Shown piece after piece: positions 13,023 through 25,545 of a DNA stretch of 64,000 nucleotides; the first letter of the stretch is position 1, and the number at the start of each line of letters is the position of its first letter. Source of the stretch: Diadema antillarum (lineage: Eukaryota); the NCBI RefSeq assembly GCF_040938485.1, contig NW_027271095.1, forward strand, positions 124,001 through 188,000. Direction: 5' to 3'. Under the pieces are notes generated by a model, which saw only the letters and a list, made by a program, of their open reading frames with translations, searched no databases and had not been told where the DNA came from. A program made the translations under genes and the position numbers.

Positions 13023-13805
13023 GTATATATAACAAATACTTGTATACATGTACCTATGTAAACCACAACACATATTTTTTTTTCAATCACAATTCTGACA
13101 GTGCTAAACAATGTATCTTGTTTGATGTGAAAAGGTAAGTAGCATAAGAAACAAGCCTTATAATAAATAATGATAAATCTGTTGATCTTAACATTGGAAT
13201 ATTTAAAAAAAATGCGTGTATTATGGTAAATAATTTTCACATAGTATAAAAATACAACGATAGGCCTACAGACTGCAGCAATTCTCTTTAAATTAAATAG
13301 CAAGACTCTTTTGGGCTATTTTGGAGGGGAAAACTATAAAGTATCAACATGGAGACAATTCGCAAACCATAATACAGATGAGACATTTTATGTGAACTAT
13401 AGATACATGCATCATTTTATAGAAATTGTATACATCACATCCAACTCATTTCGGGCATATACAGATACATAGATGTAAAAGACAGTGTACCAAAATTTTG
13501 TGTAGGAATAAGATGTCAATTTATTCCTGAAAATCCGGAGATCAGGAGGTCGTAGGTTTGAATTCTTTTCGATTATGTACATCCATGATTTATTTTGTCA
13601 AAGATACTTCAAAAACACTGATCAGATTTCTAATGCTTATAAACGTCGATGTATAAAAGGCAATTTTTCAATCGGATGCACCAAGACGAGGGATGAAACT
13701 GTGCGGCAGCACACCTCCCCGACCATGGATTACATTCAAATCTTTTCCGACAATTCTGATGTAAAAACTGAAACAAAACAACACGGTAAGCCTGAAACTA
13801 AGGTC

Positions 13806-13845
<40 letters not shown>

Positions 13846-16800
13846 AGAGAGAGAGAGAGGGAGGGAGAGAGAGGGAGGAGATATCTTTCCGTTCACAGTT
13901 CCTTGCTGAAACATGAGGTCGACAAAGCTGTGAACTTGACGAACGAAACAAGGTTGATCTTGTCAAGGATTACAAACTCGGTTCTAGTTTAGTTCAGTCT
14001 AGTTTTATTCACCATCATTCAAGTACAATGAAGTGCAATAAAAAGACACTAAAAATAATTGAATTACAATATAAATAAATTAGAACAAAACAAGAAGAGT
14101 TGATCTTGAAGGTGAACCCTATACATACATATTTTCATATGCTTTATATTCCCTGGAAGAGCATTTCAGTTGTGGTTAATCAAGTTCCCTCGATTGTTTA
14201 CAGTTAGTTTCTCGTCAGTGTATAAAGTTTATCTTGCAAGTGCTCTGGATCGGCATCTCGCTTTAAAATTATCCCTCTTGAAGCTAACCGAGCTAACCAG
14301 TATCCACGATTACTGCACATTATGACCTCGGACAGAACCGGAGATGGTGATATCGGACCGTACATACCAACATTTCAAGGGAAATGTAAGTACAATTACA
14401 AGACGAAGTGTCGATCACTTTTGAAAATGAATATTTCTGTGATTATTCTTATCAACTCGTATAACAGCTAATGAGGCCAATGTGGTTGCGTGAAGTAATT
14501 AATGCACTTAACTTTTTTTTTCATCAATCACAATCACGCAGTTCGTGGTATTAAAAAAAAATTCGAGGTTATTGCTAAACAAAACAGCTAACTCCTGGAA
14601 TTGGTATTGCCGCTTGAAATTGTTGCCTTTGTTGTTACCGTTTTTTATACCATTGTAATGATTATCATGAATACTGTACTATTATCATCATCACAAATGA
14701 TTTCATTCTCTATATAAGTTGTCATTACAAACCTCCCGAGAACCTCTGTTTTGATTGAGGAGAAAATATGTTTTGTCAAGATTATTTTGACGATGCTCAT
14801 AACGCCAGAGTACGTGGAATCCGTTCCAGTTAGTGCTAATGCTATCGACAATAATTATCTGATATCATTTGGCTCCCAGCCATTAGCCTCTTCACGATTC
14901 GCGAGATATAGGCATATAGCACACATACAAAAACAAAAAACACCAATGACCAATGACCAGTAACAGGAACAACAACGATGGCGAGACATAATACTAATAA
15001 TGTGAATATTATACAAAAATGAATTACACTGATAATACTGAGCAGTAACATGTGAATTATCATTATCTTCGGTTTGACAGTGTTCTTCCCAGTCGTATTC
15101 AATATATATCACCTATATAATAATTCCACGTCAAGCATATCGCTGTGCTTGAAAGCGCAAATTTAAACTTCTCTCTGCCATTATTTTAAAGAGGTGCGAA
15201 CATTGCCTGTTTGTTAATAGCAAAATTTACCTACTTACCGATGTAATAGATTATCTATACGAAACTTACGGTCAAGCCACATATTTGCAAAGAAAATTCA
15301 TACAGGGATAATTCACAGGGATAATATGAGAAAAGGAAGAGAAAAAATATACCTTCGACATAAAAAAGGAAATGTCTGAAAATCAAGCTTATCCGAGGTA
15401 CTAAAAAGGACAGATTACGAACATCTTGTGGGAATTTACCAGCAGGCCTGTACAGCGTATTGCACTACCAAAGAAATTAACCAGCATACATGTAAACATG
15501 TGTGTATACAATGTGTGAACTAATGATTGATCGTTGAGTCAATGTTTTTACTGTTTGAACGTCACTGTACAGTGTAAATTAGGCCCTACGTCCATGTGAC
15601 GGGGGATGGGCATTCAGGGTAATATCTTTGGAGTGACTGTTGCGTAATGTATACTGAGTATAATATTATTATTTTGTATCGTAATTTGTTGTTTTGTTGA
15701 ATATGACAACGGCAATAATAAACAAACATACAGCCTATATAAACATGAAAAATAAGTGAAAACGCGCTGGCATTCATTACTCATCTATACACGCCTATAG
15801 GGGGATTCACACGTATAAAAATTACTGGGTAACAAAACGAGAAATTTGTAACCCGCTAGTAAACTGAGTTCTTTGCACGAGTTGACAAAAACCCAACAAA
15901 GCGCGGTCAGCAGCGCAATGCTAAACCCAAGAAATCTTGCTGTTATTAGCGCGCTAATCTTTGTCCCGCAAATACACTACACACGTGTGAACGGTCGACC
16001 ACAAAAACTCGAATCTTTCATATCCCATCATTCATAGCGCACGCCACAACGGCGTGCACTCGACAATGTATGTGAGGTTCAAGAACAATGCTTGTAGTTT
16101 TATCGATTTATCGATAGGCAATTAGCGAGTTACTAGTATTTCTGTGAGGGAGAAAGGCTACAAAATAAAAACAGACAAATAAAGAAACAGACAAAAAGCC
16201 CAACAAACTCTAGTTTCCGAGCGCATAGTATACTCTACTAGCCAATTAATTTGGAGAGTGTCGATTAACGGTTTCAACAAAAACAAAGAAAACAAATAAA
16301 ACAAAACAAAATAAAAACTCGAGTTTCGGGGAGCTTGGTAACCCGCTATATGGTACATACAAACGCGGCTACTACACTCGTGGACCTTATACGTACAATT
16401 TCCTTCATAATACCCTATCAGTACAATGAAACAACCCGGATCGTTCGCATTCATGATCATGCATGTCTTGATATTGTGTTTACTATCTTTCCAGTATGTA
16501 GAATATCTACGCGCAATTAGCCGGAGCCACACGTATAACAACATAGCGGGATGACGACCCAGGATGACGATTGAACTCCAAATCTCGAGATTTTTCCCCC
16601 TCTTCACGCGTTTGCATGTACCGACAATATTTACGCAGCTGCCACACAGTAGTGTGATGTTGTCATTTACCCATTATTGTGATGCTCGCTTGAATGATGG
16701 AATATAAAATCTGGAGATGAGTAAAGTATTTTCGGTCAGCCGTTTACGCGGTCACCGGGAGCAAATCAGCGCACTATTGCAGAAATCAAGTGCAAGATTT

Positions 16801-19800
16801 GTTGGGGGTACCGTCGCGATGCTGATCGCGCAAATTAGTGGGATTTTGTGTGCACATTTGCAAAAATCTCGAGATTACGATGGTCATGTAAATCTCGAGA
16901 TTTGTATCCCGCTTTTTGGCATACGCGCGAACCCTAATAGTGGCTCTTGTGTTTGTGGGGATGTAGTTGTGTGCAAAACTTAGAACAATGTACAGTACAC
17001 TGTATTTAAAAAAAAAAAAAAAAAATTACGGCCTAATAGTACACCATGATATAGTCTACTGCCGATTCCACAGCAGAGTAGATTACCAAAGGAACTGTTC
17101 ATACAGTTTGAACAACCACCGTGGATACTCGCTATGATGCCATCAACGTCGTTCCCCAATGATCAACTCTTTAGACAGGTGGGCAGTGGTAGCAGCGGGC
17201 CAGATGGAATGACAGGCCTCGGGCTGGGCATGGTTTTCGCCAGGAACGTTCAGGCTGTGAAGGGGCTCAGCCGAACTTCGGAGAGGTGGAGGAAGAAACT
17301 TTTCAGGAGAAAGACAGATGGATAAAGCGACTTGTCTCTGGCGATACTTCGTGGCCGGGAATAGAAAATCGGCATGTCCGAACCTCTCCAATTTTTTTAG
17401 TGCTTTTGGTTTTGGTTTTGTTATTCTGTTGAACACATCTGCCTGTGTAATAAAGAACAAAACAGAAACATTTTCATATATAATTTTATCATTACCATGG
17501 TTCCATGAGTAGACATTTTCTTCAACTAATATACGATTCAATTGCACATCCTGTAGTTTATGTACCAGAGTAAAATGATATTCACACAATGCCTTCCATT
17601 CTGACTAATAAGAAATTCGCGGAATAAAAATAAGCGTCATATAGGCCGATATAGGCCTTACGTGTTTTCACATTCTACAAAAAAACACAAAACAAAATAA
17701 AACAAAAACACAAATACACATGCACACACACACACACACACACCCAATGCGAAAAAGAACAGGTCACGTTTGTTGATATATTTATTAGAATAACATTACC
17801 TTTGTTGACCGGCTTCCAATGCGCATTCCTGTCTTTTCTCGATTTGCTCCTGAGATCTATAAAAAAAATTGATACAGTGGAATTAGAGATTCATTCTTTT
17901 TTCACGCGTAAACGTATATTGAAAGAGTAACGTCGGGTCATACAACGTATCTCATTGACTACCATGATTCATCGTAATATCCCGCGTTCCCTGTTAATGG
18001 AATCAATTGAGTTTTCACAAGTTAATTCCGAGACAAACTTGAGTTTTATAAATTATTCATTTATTTTTGGTGTCCTGTTCGGATCGCTTACAAAAACGTT
18101 CAATTCGAATTTTGATGACCCGAAAAAAGAAATGTATCGTGGCCTACCAATGAAAGGAAACATTTTTTTCGACACAGTTCTCCGATGGAACCGTCAAAAT
18201 ATAAACTGTTTAGAAGTTAGGTGGTCTGATTTCATTTTCAGAGGTCCCGAGAAACCACTAAAGTGCCACTTGAGATGTAGAGTATCCATAGCCTACTGAA
18301 AGTGTAAAAGGAAAAGACATTGGTTGCATTCATAACCGACAATCTATGAAAAATTATATACGCATTGTTCCCAGGATGAATCCCTTTTGAGAAAAAAAAA
18401 ATACATCTGAAGATTTTTTTTTTTCTCAGAAGGGATTCATCCGGGGAACATAATCATAGCATCCTAAAAAGTTTTAGAACCTGACATCAAGCTGTTCTCA
18501 CTGACTGTGATAACAAATTATGAAATGGAAATGGAATTATGCAACCTGCAAATCATCTTATAGCTTGTCAAATTACAAAATCTATTTCATATTTCCATTT
18601 ATCATAACTTTCATATTCATTCAGTACTTCAAAGAAAAGGGCACATCAAAGCAAACAGCAATTCATCATGATGGATCTATGTACAACATGTACGATCTAC
18701 ATAGATGGACAAAACTGACACAGTGAATGAACAACCTACAGTCTTCTACGGCATATACATGTAGAGTCTCAGTCAATTTAATAATAACAAACAGTAATTG
18801 AAGAGCTTTGAAAACAAAAGCAAACAAATCAAAATACAAATCAAAATACATATAAGACTTTAATTAAAAAAGTATATAGGATACTACGCAGAGAAAATTG
18901 AATGAAAATGATACGTAAACACTCGCACATTATCATGATGCATCGGACCACTGAACCTCCGCCAAACGGCCAGCGTTAGTCGTTATGTTGCAGGTATTGT
19001 ATACTTCATTTTTATGATTATGATATGACAGATTAATTACATCATACGGATGAGCTATGTAATATGATGAAGAAACGGTTATTATAAATAGGGGCTACTC
19101 AAAGGTAGGGAAAAGAAAATGACACGACGAGGGTGCAATGCTGCCGCGCCATTGTGTTCCCCTGTTTCTGATACTACCTAGTAGTATACAGTGTAGATCA
19201 TCCCCTTCCAAATCTCATGTAAACTATACTCGACAGAAATTATGATCACCCCTTCCCCCATTCTCTTCGGGCACATATTATTCACTTTTAGAATTAATAA
19301 CGAATATTCCTTCATTTTTGACTAACGAATCTCCTTTTTGGAATAACGAGCCTTATTTCGTTTTCGGATCGATACACATAATCTTGAGAATACTATGGAC
19401 GCTTCAGAATAAGGAAATTTATTTCATTTTCAGATCAACGAACACTCGGCACTAAGGGACCCTACTTCATTCTCGTTTGGCCGATTACCCCTTGCGAATT
19501 TCATTATTCAGAAATCTATTTTTCTGAACTTTTTACACGCATAAAACCTTGAAAATCAAGGTGAAAAAATAAAGTAATCAAGTCTTTTGTGGGTCATCCT
19601 ACATACATCTTTTCTAGCAGGCACAGGATATTCTTCACGAGATAAACTTCAAGCTCTCACATCATGCACTTACGGATAAAGATGGGTCGGACTGACTAAC
19701 TTCTACACTAAATGCCTGTATACTCACTTTTTCACTCAGGACATCACATCGCGAGCTGGGGTCGGTAGATCCAGGTGTCGCGTCGGTTCATTTCTACGGG

Positions 19801-20727
19801 ATGAAGGCATCTTGTCCAGTTTCAATAATCGCGATCCCTTCGTTGTCCCCTACGCCTCATTTCGAAAGATTCTATATTCTTTTGCGAGATTTCTGGGTCG
19901 GAGACGTATGTACACCTCGTCTCGCAAAACCTAACTGTTTTAGTTGCTCTCGAGTCGGAATCCGTAGAGCTCTATACGCAGCATCACACCGAGGAAAAGA
20001 AACTACGTGCCCTCAAGTAAACAAACGGAACGACGCGACGGCTGATAGCGCAGTGCGATCACAGAACTCCACGCACACACGACGTGCATACAGGTCTGCA
20101 AATGTGCCATGAACCCCCATGATTACGCAATATTCCCTCGCCGCGCCGTCTCTCTCCCAAATTCACGGAGGTGAAAAGGTCAACCTCCCAGACCAAGCCG
20201 TGCGGTACACATCGCTCGCGTGTGCGGAAGATAACGGTTGAAAAAGCCCCAAGCCCAATGTAGTCAAATTCAAACGGTAGAGGGAGGTAAGGTCGTATCA
20301 CGGGGGAAAGTGTGGGTCCCACACTTTTATCGGACGACGTATTTTTGCATTTCTCAGCCATTTCTAGACCAATTTTTGTCAAACAAACTTTGAATTCCCC
20401 ATAAATTTCAATGCTCTTTCATATTTCATAAGTAGTTTCTCATTATCTTGCCAAAAAATTTCATCCCGACGTGCCATCATCAACCAAAACAGGACCTTCC
20501 CTTTAAGGTGGCAGGGTGATTTCACGAAAGTTATAAAATGCTAAATAGTTAAAGGTCGGATGTTCTCGAGTCTGTCCACGTTTGAGGACGATATTATGAC
20601 CACCACCGTTGCCCTGAATAATTCAACAAAGGTATTATAGCATAAAGCATGAGATGATTTCATAAGTTTTCATTTCATGAAGTACCATCGTGAATAGAGT
20701 GCGGTCAGGGCGTGCAATGTATATGTA

Positions 20728-21709
20728 AAGTGCACTCCCGTTATAACGACTCGGTTATAACGGCCCTGACACTTGGAATTCCCTTCCCACCGAAATTAAA
20801 AACATGACCACTATGTATTCATTTAAGAAGGCTTTAAGCAGCATTCCCCAGGATAACATTTTGATTTCTTTATTGTTCTGTATTATAATCAAATGTATAT
20901 AAACATGTACGTGACACATGATGCATGTATGTGTGCATACTTATATCGATCTATTTATCTATCCATGGTTATAAATATGGGTATGTATGTGTATGTATAG
21001 GATAGGTACATAATTATGTATATTATGTATATGAGCACGCATATGTGTATGTATACCTCATGTGCCTACTGTGCTGTGCACATTGAACCATGCACGATGT
21101 AATTTGTTATTTCATGTCAGATAACCTCGCGTAGAATGCTTTGTATTCATTCATTACTATTTTCATTATAGTGCATATTCGGTCACTACTACGGCAAAGG
21201 CAACTGAACGTTTTAACTTTAATGGCAGACTCATTTATTATCATTATTATTATTGTAAAGTAGTTGGAGTGGTACACATATACTCTGTAATTTTCCCTTT
21301 TCCCCCTACTCTTCCCTCTCTCTCTCTATCCCTTATTCTATCCAGAGTAGCTAAGTACTAGGGTCTCCATACCGTCAAGCCTCGGCTTATTTTGGAGACC
21401 CTTCTGTTTAAGTTCCCTAAGCTGTTTGTATTTGTTTTGCTTTGTTTTGTTTTGTACCAAAAACTATTTGTCGATATACTGCTTGTCATAAATGACTTGT
21501 ACACAATCATACCTGATGTAACGGAATTAAGCAGAAATAAATCAAATAAAATGAAATAAACGTAATTCCGGTTACAACGAAGTAAAAATTCATGCTGCAA
21601 CATTATCCGCTGTATGTATTTTATTGTTTATTTGTTCGGTTATAACGAAATTTCGATATAATGACAGAAACTGCCAGTCCCGAGGACTTCTTATAACGGA
21701 AGTCCACTG
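20728..21709. mobile_element. Tigger/pogo-like MITE interrupted by a LINE 3' end (copy B side)
   Basis: Termini (a/c)AGTGCACTCCCGTTATAACG…CGGAAGTCCACTG with TA flanks. An intact 186-bp copy is at 32909-33094. Confidence 0.75.
20763..21562 (+). mobile_element. 5'-truncated L2/Crack/CR1-group LINE 3' end
   Basis: 20774 onward encodes WNSLPTEIKNMTTMYSFKKALS, the typical C-terminal ORF2 motif WNxLP…SFK. It is followed by a 3' UTR ending in AATAAA-type repeats. It is absent from the duplicate copy, and aacg is duplicated at the junctions. Confidence 0.75.
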
Positions 21710-23550
21710 TACATAGACTATTTTCTTGAGACCTCCCGGAGGAAAATTGCTTGAAATATACTTATTATTATTATTTACTTATTATTACATCTATTAACCG
21801 ATTAGACATGTTGTGAACTTGACCTTGTCGACAGAATCCCCTATATAACTTCAGTGTCTGGTCTCTGTATTATTGGCGACTACTGAAGTAACGCCGGATT
21901 CAACTTATTAGCCTAAGAAATAAAAATGTAGAACAGCAACAATTTATAAGTAAGATTTTAATTTGAGTTAATGTACAAAGATTTGAAATACTGTCATGTG
22001 AATTATATACTCAGTCCTTTGTGATTTTGTTTATCGAGTAAATTTGACAAAGGGCCCAGCATACTGTATAAATGCAAGCGTTGAACCAAAATTCAGTGAA
22101 TGATAAAAAAACAAATACCCAGCAACATAATTATATACGGAGGCTTTTGAAAAAAAATACACTTGTACCACCATATACGCTAAAGGAGCTGAGATATGCG
22201 TAAACTGCATAACCAATAGTCTGTGATGAGTGGAAGAGATCTTAAGTGACCACGTGTAATGGGAACTAATGGTTGGCTTGTCTCTTACAAAAGGTTTTTG
22301 AATATCATGCCTGAGGTTTGAATTTACGTTCCTTGTATATAGGTTGAATCGTTGAGCTACAGTGATTAACTCTGGTAGATGTTTTGAACACCATGCAAAC
22401 GAGCCTTTTTAAAACGGGGACATTATACCACGGCCCCGTTTTATCAAAAGAATACCACACAGGCTGCTATAGATTTATCATAGAAATCAACTATATCAAT
22501 AATCAATTATAACTCTTCATAAAACAGGGCCCTCTGGAATAAACTTCACAAATTGTACTGAAAGGTCAAAAATCATTAGAAGAAAGTGCTTGGAATAATA
22601 TAGCACACACAGTGTCATTTCATTCAGATCGAAATCATGAAATTTAAGATACAAGATAATGTCAAATCTAGATTGGGATAGATCTGTCTCAGAGTTAATG
22701 CTATTTTTTCTTATCCATCCATTTATAAGTGGTGAAAATAAAGGATTAGGGTTATATCAAAAAAAAAAAAAAAGAATCACTGAATAAGATGGCTTGAATA
22801 TTTAAGACAAGGGTAAAAAATCTGTCACGTCGTATGTTCTTGTCATGTACATGTATATGGTCAGCAAAGGCATCCTATTGCTTTTCTTTCTGTTTCTCTA
22901 TACTTCATGTACTGATCGCAAAATGGTAACAGGCAAGGCGTCCAATGAATGCTTTTTATACGCATCCTGAACACTGATCATTGGTCACATTCATGATTTA
23001 CTGTAATTGTAACACGATGCTTGTACTATTTTCCTGTGTGTTCAGTGTTATTGCGTCAAAGTAAACTACGCATGACAGAGAAAGTAAACGTATAATCCGA
23101 TACATGTACTAAGAATCCTGCGTTGACACTTGATCCAACGGTCCTGTTTTGACGGCTACATCCAAAGGTCGACCCCACCTCCCTGATCAGACAATATACC
23201 TGAAAATACTCAAGGTAAAAACACATCGACACCAAAATTCATCCAAAAGAAAGTAAAGGTGTTTTATCAAGTTGTCTATTTGTCTATGACCTGGTGTGAA
23301 TTTCATATATTTACGTGTGTGAGAGTTGTAACGATGTAGATAAAATCAATGTGACATACTGAACGTATCACACACATAAATATTTAGCTAAAATGGAATA
23401 TTGCATTGTAATGACATGCAATCATGTTTGAAATTAACCAATAAACAGATTTCTTGAAAGTTAATTTACAGGAATGTGATGCTGTAATCCAGTGGGAAAC
23501 AAATTGATCGGACAATACAACTTCAATACATACATATATACATAATACAC

Positions 23551-23598
<48 letters not shown>

Positions 23599-24109
23599 CA
23601 ACATTAAAACATTTAGATATTGAACTCAAGGGAAATAATCAGATTCATGAGACAACTTTGTGCAATCAAAGTCTTTATATTAGGATTTCAGAATTCAGTG
23701 GGTGCTTTCGGAACGCATATTGATACAGAGTACTATGGTACTTTGTGTCATGTGAAAACATGTGACATAAGAATCATTTTCATAGAATAACCTCGCATCT
23801 GATCTTTTATGGAAGCTACCAGGAAATACTGTCTTTTAAATCATGAAGACTTTCTATGGATTTTTTTTTTTACATGATTTAAGTACTTTTGAATCCTTTA
23901 TATAAATCTTTTAAAAATATGAACTTGAAAACGTTTCTAGATGACGATATCCTTGCACTTGCTAAAAGGAGCAACATATTACACGCCGGAGTATAGCTTT
24001 TTTGTGGTGATGGCTATGATTCACTTAACATGCTGCTCTGCTTAACTTCTCAAGGCGGAAGGCTGTAATTCATCGAAATACTGTCTTGAAAAAAAAAAGT
24101 GTAAAATCC

Positions 24110-25079
24110 CATCAAGTGCGGAAATTTCGAATGAATATCAACACAATAATAATTCGATTGGCATGTCATTTTCACTTCAATGTCGGAGACAACCCCGCCC
24201 CCCCCCCCCCAAAAAAAAGGGGGGGGGGGGGTAAAAGAAATGAAATGTTGCTATTGCGACTGGTTTTTGCTCGTTATATCGCACAATTTCCCAATATCTC
24301 TACTGTACATTTTGCCAATGTGAAAAAGACAGTTTTACATGATTGGCAAATAACCATAATCTGGCAAAACACATAAGTTTTCATTGCAAGACTTAGAGTC
24401 ATTTTCAAATTACAGCTTACAGAAAATTTTCACTTGTCCTTTGACCCCATGGCTTAGATCTTTCCCTATCAGAATCATTGTGCAGTAGTGAGTGGATATC
24501 AAGTTTCAGTCATTTCCAAGGAATGAAGAAAATGCTACTAGTAATTGGTGTATCACTACTAAACGGTGTAATTAAATTAAATTTCATAAATTACTTAGTA
24601 CCTTTGACCTTTAACCAATGACCAAAAACTTACAAGAGAAAATTACTTTATGGCAATGCATGTATAATAATTCTATGTATACTTAATTTTATGTTAAGCC
24701 TTAAGACATCGAGGAAAAGGTGATATTTTCGCATTTTCACTTGACCTTTGACTTTTGACCCTATGGTTCAAAACTTTCCCTATAGAGAATTTTCATCTGG
24801 TCATACATACGTATACATTAAGTTTCATGAAAATACTTTCTGGTATGCCGAAATAAGAGTGAAATAGCGAAATTTTAAAATTTAATGTTGACCTTAAGAC
24901 CTTTTACCTTCAACACGTGCACCCAGTAGTTCATCATGCACAACTCCGTCCACTTATACATTCAAAATTATGTCAAGTTTCAGTTGGATAACTCAAACGG
25001 TTCTGAATTACGTCGTCTACAAAATAAATTAAGGACGGAGAGGGACAACCCTAAAATATATCGTGGCGGAGATATAAAA
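24110..25079. mobile_element. TGACCTTTGACC-rich non-autonomous element (DINE/HINE-like) next to the GST B stop codon
   Basis: Repeated tgacctttgacc/ttgaccttga motifs and an end of …ggacggagagggacaacc…tggcggagatataaaa. A paralogous copy is at about 35100-36032. The class is inferred and the left end is approximate. Confidence 0.5.
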
Positions 25080-25141
25080 CAAATATCCCACACATGAATG
25101 GGACAAATGATGTGTCACATTCGGACTCAGCGTCGAAGGAA

Positions 25142-25502
25142 CTACTTCTTGTTCTTAGCGATGTACTCGTCTCTCCATTTGTAGATATCAGCGGAGAGCT
25201 CGTCGAACGCTGGGTTCAATGCGTCTCGAACCCGCTCCATGTAGGCCTTGAGAGTGTCGTTGCTATCGGTGACCGGATCTCGAGAGATGGTGCTTTGTAC
25301 CAGCTACATGGTCATATGTGCGGTGTTCAAATTGAGAGAAAATGAGAGAATAAGAGGACATACTATACCAACAAGCTGTCCGCGTTCTTGCTTGGACAGA
25401 ATTCTTTGACTCCATAAGTATAGGTTTATCTACTCAAGTCCTTCTCGAATCTTATCAGAGCAAAAAGACTGAAACCATTTCATATACGTAATTATCTATC
25501 TA

Positions 25503-25545
<43 letters not shown>

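Larger units (their letters stand above)
9464..20502. mobile_element. 11-kb Kolobok-like composite insertion with no recognisable transposase
   Basis: TTAA at 9460-9463 and 20503-20506. TIRs AGGGATGGTCCTGTT / AACAGGACCTTCCCT match at 14 of 15. The joined flanks match the uninterrupted paralogous site at about 32670-32730. Confidence 0.8.

Noticed and set aside
14770-14900. Minus-strand string IVDSISTNWNGFHVLW resembling a CUB domain end
   Set aside because: In-frame stops lie immediately upstream and there is no splice support.
17134-17325. Plus-strand peptide with a faint resemblance to a short-chain dehydrogenase N-terminus (WAVV…DG)
   Set aside because: It needs a frameshift and the rest does not align; likely chance.
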